Shown: positions 62,075 to 64,000 of the stretch, one piece after another
Layout of the letters: each line of letters starts with the position of its first letter
How positions within the stretch are numbered: position 1 is the first letter of the stretch
Source: Burkholderiales bacterium
GTDB lineage: Bacteria; Pseudomonadota; Gammaproteobacteria; Burkholderiales; Eutrophovitaceae
Assembly (NCBI GenBank): GCA_035528435.1
Contig: DATKYN010000141.1
Coordinates: forward strand, 7,939-71,938
DNA length: 64,000 nucleotides
Reading direction: 5' to 3'
Program-made: the position numbers and the translations under genes
Notes under the pieces: generated by a model
Databases searched by the model: none
Seen by the model: the letters and a program-made list of their open reading frames with translations, nothing else
What the model was told of the DNA's origin: nothing

Positions 62075-63271
62075 ATGATCTTGTGTGGAGGCCTGGCGAT
62101 GACTTCGATCCGGCAACGGTTTTGCTCGTGCGTACCAATTTCGCTAATAGCGATTTTTCTCGGAAGCTGTGATCAGGCGTCGAATGGGCCGCACGCGCTA
62201 GCGGTTGAACCAGCCGCTTTAATATCGCCGCAGACTTCTTCGGAGTGGCCGAACACCGACTTCTCGCGGCGCACTGTCGAGCTGGATGAGATCCAGTCCG
62301 GCGGGCCACCGAAGGACGGCATCCCGGCGATCGACGCACCGCAATTCGTCTCAACGGGCGCTGCACGTGCCTGGCTCAACGACGATGAACCGGTAATTGT
62401 GATCCGAATCGATCGTGACGCACGTGCTTACCCTCTGCAAATTCTGATGTTTCACGAGATCGTCAACGATGAGATCGGTGGCCTGCCGGTGGCCATTACA
62501 TTCTGCCCGCTGTGCAACGCCTCGATGGTGTTCGAGCGCGAAGTGGACGGAGTGATGCTTGAATTCGGTACGACAGGGCGTTTGAGACGAAGTGATCTGG
62601 TGATGTATGACCGGCAAACCGAGAGCTGGTGGCAGCAGTTCACCGGCAAGGGGATCATCGGACACTACGCGGGGACCGAACTGACCGAAGTCAGCTCGCA
62701 AATCACGGGGTTCGGTGATTTCCGCACGACCTACCCGGCGGGACGGGTGTTGTCGCGTGCCACCGGATACAGCCGTCCCTATGGCCGTAATCCGTATCGT
62801 GGTTACGACAATATCGCACAAACACCTTTCCTTCTGGACGATCCGGCTGATCCGCGTTTACCACCGATGGAGCGCGTGCTCGGCATCTCTGTTGGCGACC
62901 AGCATCGGGTTCATCCGTTTGCCGGACTCGAGCAGCATCCGGTGATTAATAGTGAATTTGCCGGTGTGCCCTATGTTGTGTTCAGCCGGGACGGACTGCG
63001 TTCAGCGCTCGACGCCGAGCAGATTTCCGAATCGCGTATGGTGGCGGCCGCGGTTGCCTTCCGGCGCAGTGGCGAGAGCGGGGTATATACTTTCGTCTTG
63101 CAGGACGGTCGGATTTTTGACGAGCAAACGGGTTCGGAATGGAATTTGTTCGGACAGTCAATCGCCGGTTTGCGAAGCGGCGAACAGCTGGTACCCATAG
63201 CAGGTGGAGTCCATTTTGCGTTTGCCTGGCTTGCATTCAAACCGGATACGGAAATCTATCGGCTACGGTAG
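62075..63271 (+). CDS. DUF3179 domain lipoprotein
   Basis: A lipobox (IFLGSCDQ) is followed by DUF3179-type motifs (GGPPKDGIPAIDAPQF, AYPLQILMFHEIVND, ITFCPLCNAS, FGTTGRLRRSDLVMYDRQTESWWQQ). The start may be the ATG at 62099. Confidence 0.72.
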   Translation: MILCGGLAMTSIRQRFCSCVPISLIAIFLGSCDQASNGPHALAVEPAALISPQTSSEWPNTDFSRRTVELDEIQSGGPPKDGIPAIDAPQFVSTGAARAWLNDDEPVIVIRIDRDARAYPLQILMFHEIVNDEIGGLPVAITFCPLCNASMVFEREVDGVMLEFGTTGRLRRSDLVMYDRQTESWWQQFTGKGIIGHYAGTELTEVSSQITGFGDFRTTYPAGRVLSRATGYSRPYGRNPYRGYDNIAQTPFLLDDPADPRLPPMERVLGISVGDQHRVHPFAGLEQHPVINSEFAGVPYVVFSRDGLRSALDAEQISESRMVAAAVAFRRSGESGVYTFVLQDGRIFDEQTGSEWNLFGQSIAGLRSGEQLVPIAGGVHFAFAWLAFKPDTEIYRLR

Positions 63272-63340
63272 CCCGGGCCGTTTCACATCATTGGCTTGTG
63301 CGGTGAGGATTCAGCCTGGAACCGCAGGAAAAAAATAACG

Positions 63341-64000
63341 ATGCTCAGGCAGGTTCAAGCCGGTGTCCTTGACGTCGGATATTTTGACCACGGGCCGGCT
63401 GAAGGTGAGGCCGTCGTCTTGTTGCACGGCTTTCCCTACGACGTGCATGCCTATGACAATGTGGTACCGCGGCTGGTGTCACAGGGTTTTCGTGTTCTGA
63501 CGCCATATTTGCGGGGTTACGGCCCGACGCGCTTCCTGTCCGGGGCCACACCGCGTTCGGGACAGCAAGCCTGTCTTGCGCAGGACGTCATCGCTTTCAT
63601 GGACGCTTTGCAGATTCCGCATGCAGTGCTGGCCGGTTATGACTGGGGCGGACGTGCAGCCTGCATCGTGGCAGCGCTTTGGCCACAGCGAGTGCGTGGG
63701 CTGATTTCGGCTTGTGGTTACAACATACAGGACATCGCCGCCGCCGCCGTACCTCAGGAACCGGAAGTCGAATTGAAGCTGTGGTATCAGTACTATTTTC
63801 ATGGCGAGCGTGGCCGGCTGGGGTTGCAACAGCACCGGTCTCGGTTTTGCCATTTGCTTTGGCAACTTTGGTCACCGACCTGGCGTTTTGACGAATCAAC
63901 CTATCAGCGCACAGCCGCCGCATTTGATAACCCTGATTTTGTCGAGGTGGTCATTCATTCATACCGGCACCGCTACGGGCTGGTGCAAGGTGATCCCGCC
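63341..64000 (+). CDS. Alpha/beta hydrolase (epoxide hydrolase/haloacetate dehalogenase-like), 3'-truncated by the window edge
   Basis: I translated this by hand because the ORF is open to the window end and absent from the ORF track: MLRQVQAGVLDVGYFDHGPAEGEAVVLLHGFPYDVHAYD...AVLAGYDWGGRAA (HGxP oxyanion motif and a GxDWG nucleophile elbow). Confidence 0.72.
   Translation, partial: MLRQVQAGVLDVGYFDHGPAEGEAVVLLHGFPYDVHAYDNVVPRLVSQGFRVLTPYLRGYGPTRFLSGATPRSGQQACLAQDVIAFMDALQIPHAVLAGYDWGGRAACIVAALWPQRVRGLISACGYNIQDIAAAAVPQEPEVELKLWYQYYFHGERGRLGLQQHRSRFCHLLWQLWSPTWRFDESTYQRTAAAFDNPDFVEVVIHSYRHRYGLVQGDPA

Overview
This window is the replication-origin neighbourhood of a proteobacterial chromosome. 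The gene order looks beta- or gammaproteobacterial. The backbone is core housekeeping. On the minus strand it reads (malK-like)-glk-tkt, ntrX-ntrY-DUF4390-rsmB-fmt-def and gyrB-dnaN-dnaA, with no recF. On the plus strand it reads LysM-dprA-smg-topA, then rpmH-rnpA-yidD-yidC-mnmE, mnmG-rsmG-parA-parB and the complete atpIBEFHAGDC operon. From about 21.4 kb to 45.5 kb every gene is on the plus strand, and the orientation switch falls at dnaA/rpmH, which suggests an origin near here. Two textbook parS sites lie upstream of mnmG. DnaA boxes lie on both sides of dnaA. After the atp operon comes a tightly coupled plus-strand cluster: a Liv-type ABC importer, an M20 (ArgE/DapE-type) amidohydrolase, a compact fused MdcD/MdcE-like carboxyltransferase and a MatB-like malonyl-CoA synthetase. 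I consider this cluster the best candidate for something not yet described, namely malonyl-conjugate or malonate catabolism using a non-MatA malonyl-CoA decarboxylase. The rest of the window holds TauE and an EVE-domain gene next to 6S RNA-zapA-zapB, a cobalamin riboswitch with a TonB receptor, msbA, sorAB-like sulfite dehydrogenase, a TRAP transporter, and a small run of poorly characterised genes (DUF2817/M14-like, DUF2235/Tle1-like, a methyltransferase, a GGDEF protein, DUF3179, an alpha/beta hydrolase). I saw no rRNA, tRNA, CRISPR array, transposase or integrase, and no recognisable defence or phage module. All calls come from reading the translated ORFs and the DNA by eye, with no database search, so family names rest on recognised motifs and recalled homologues.
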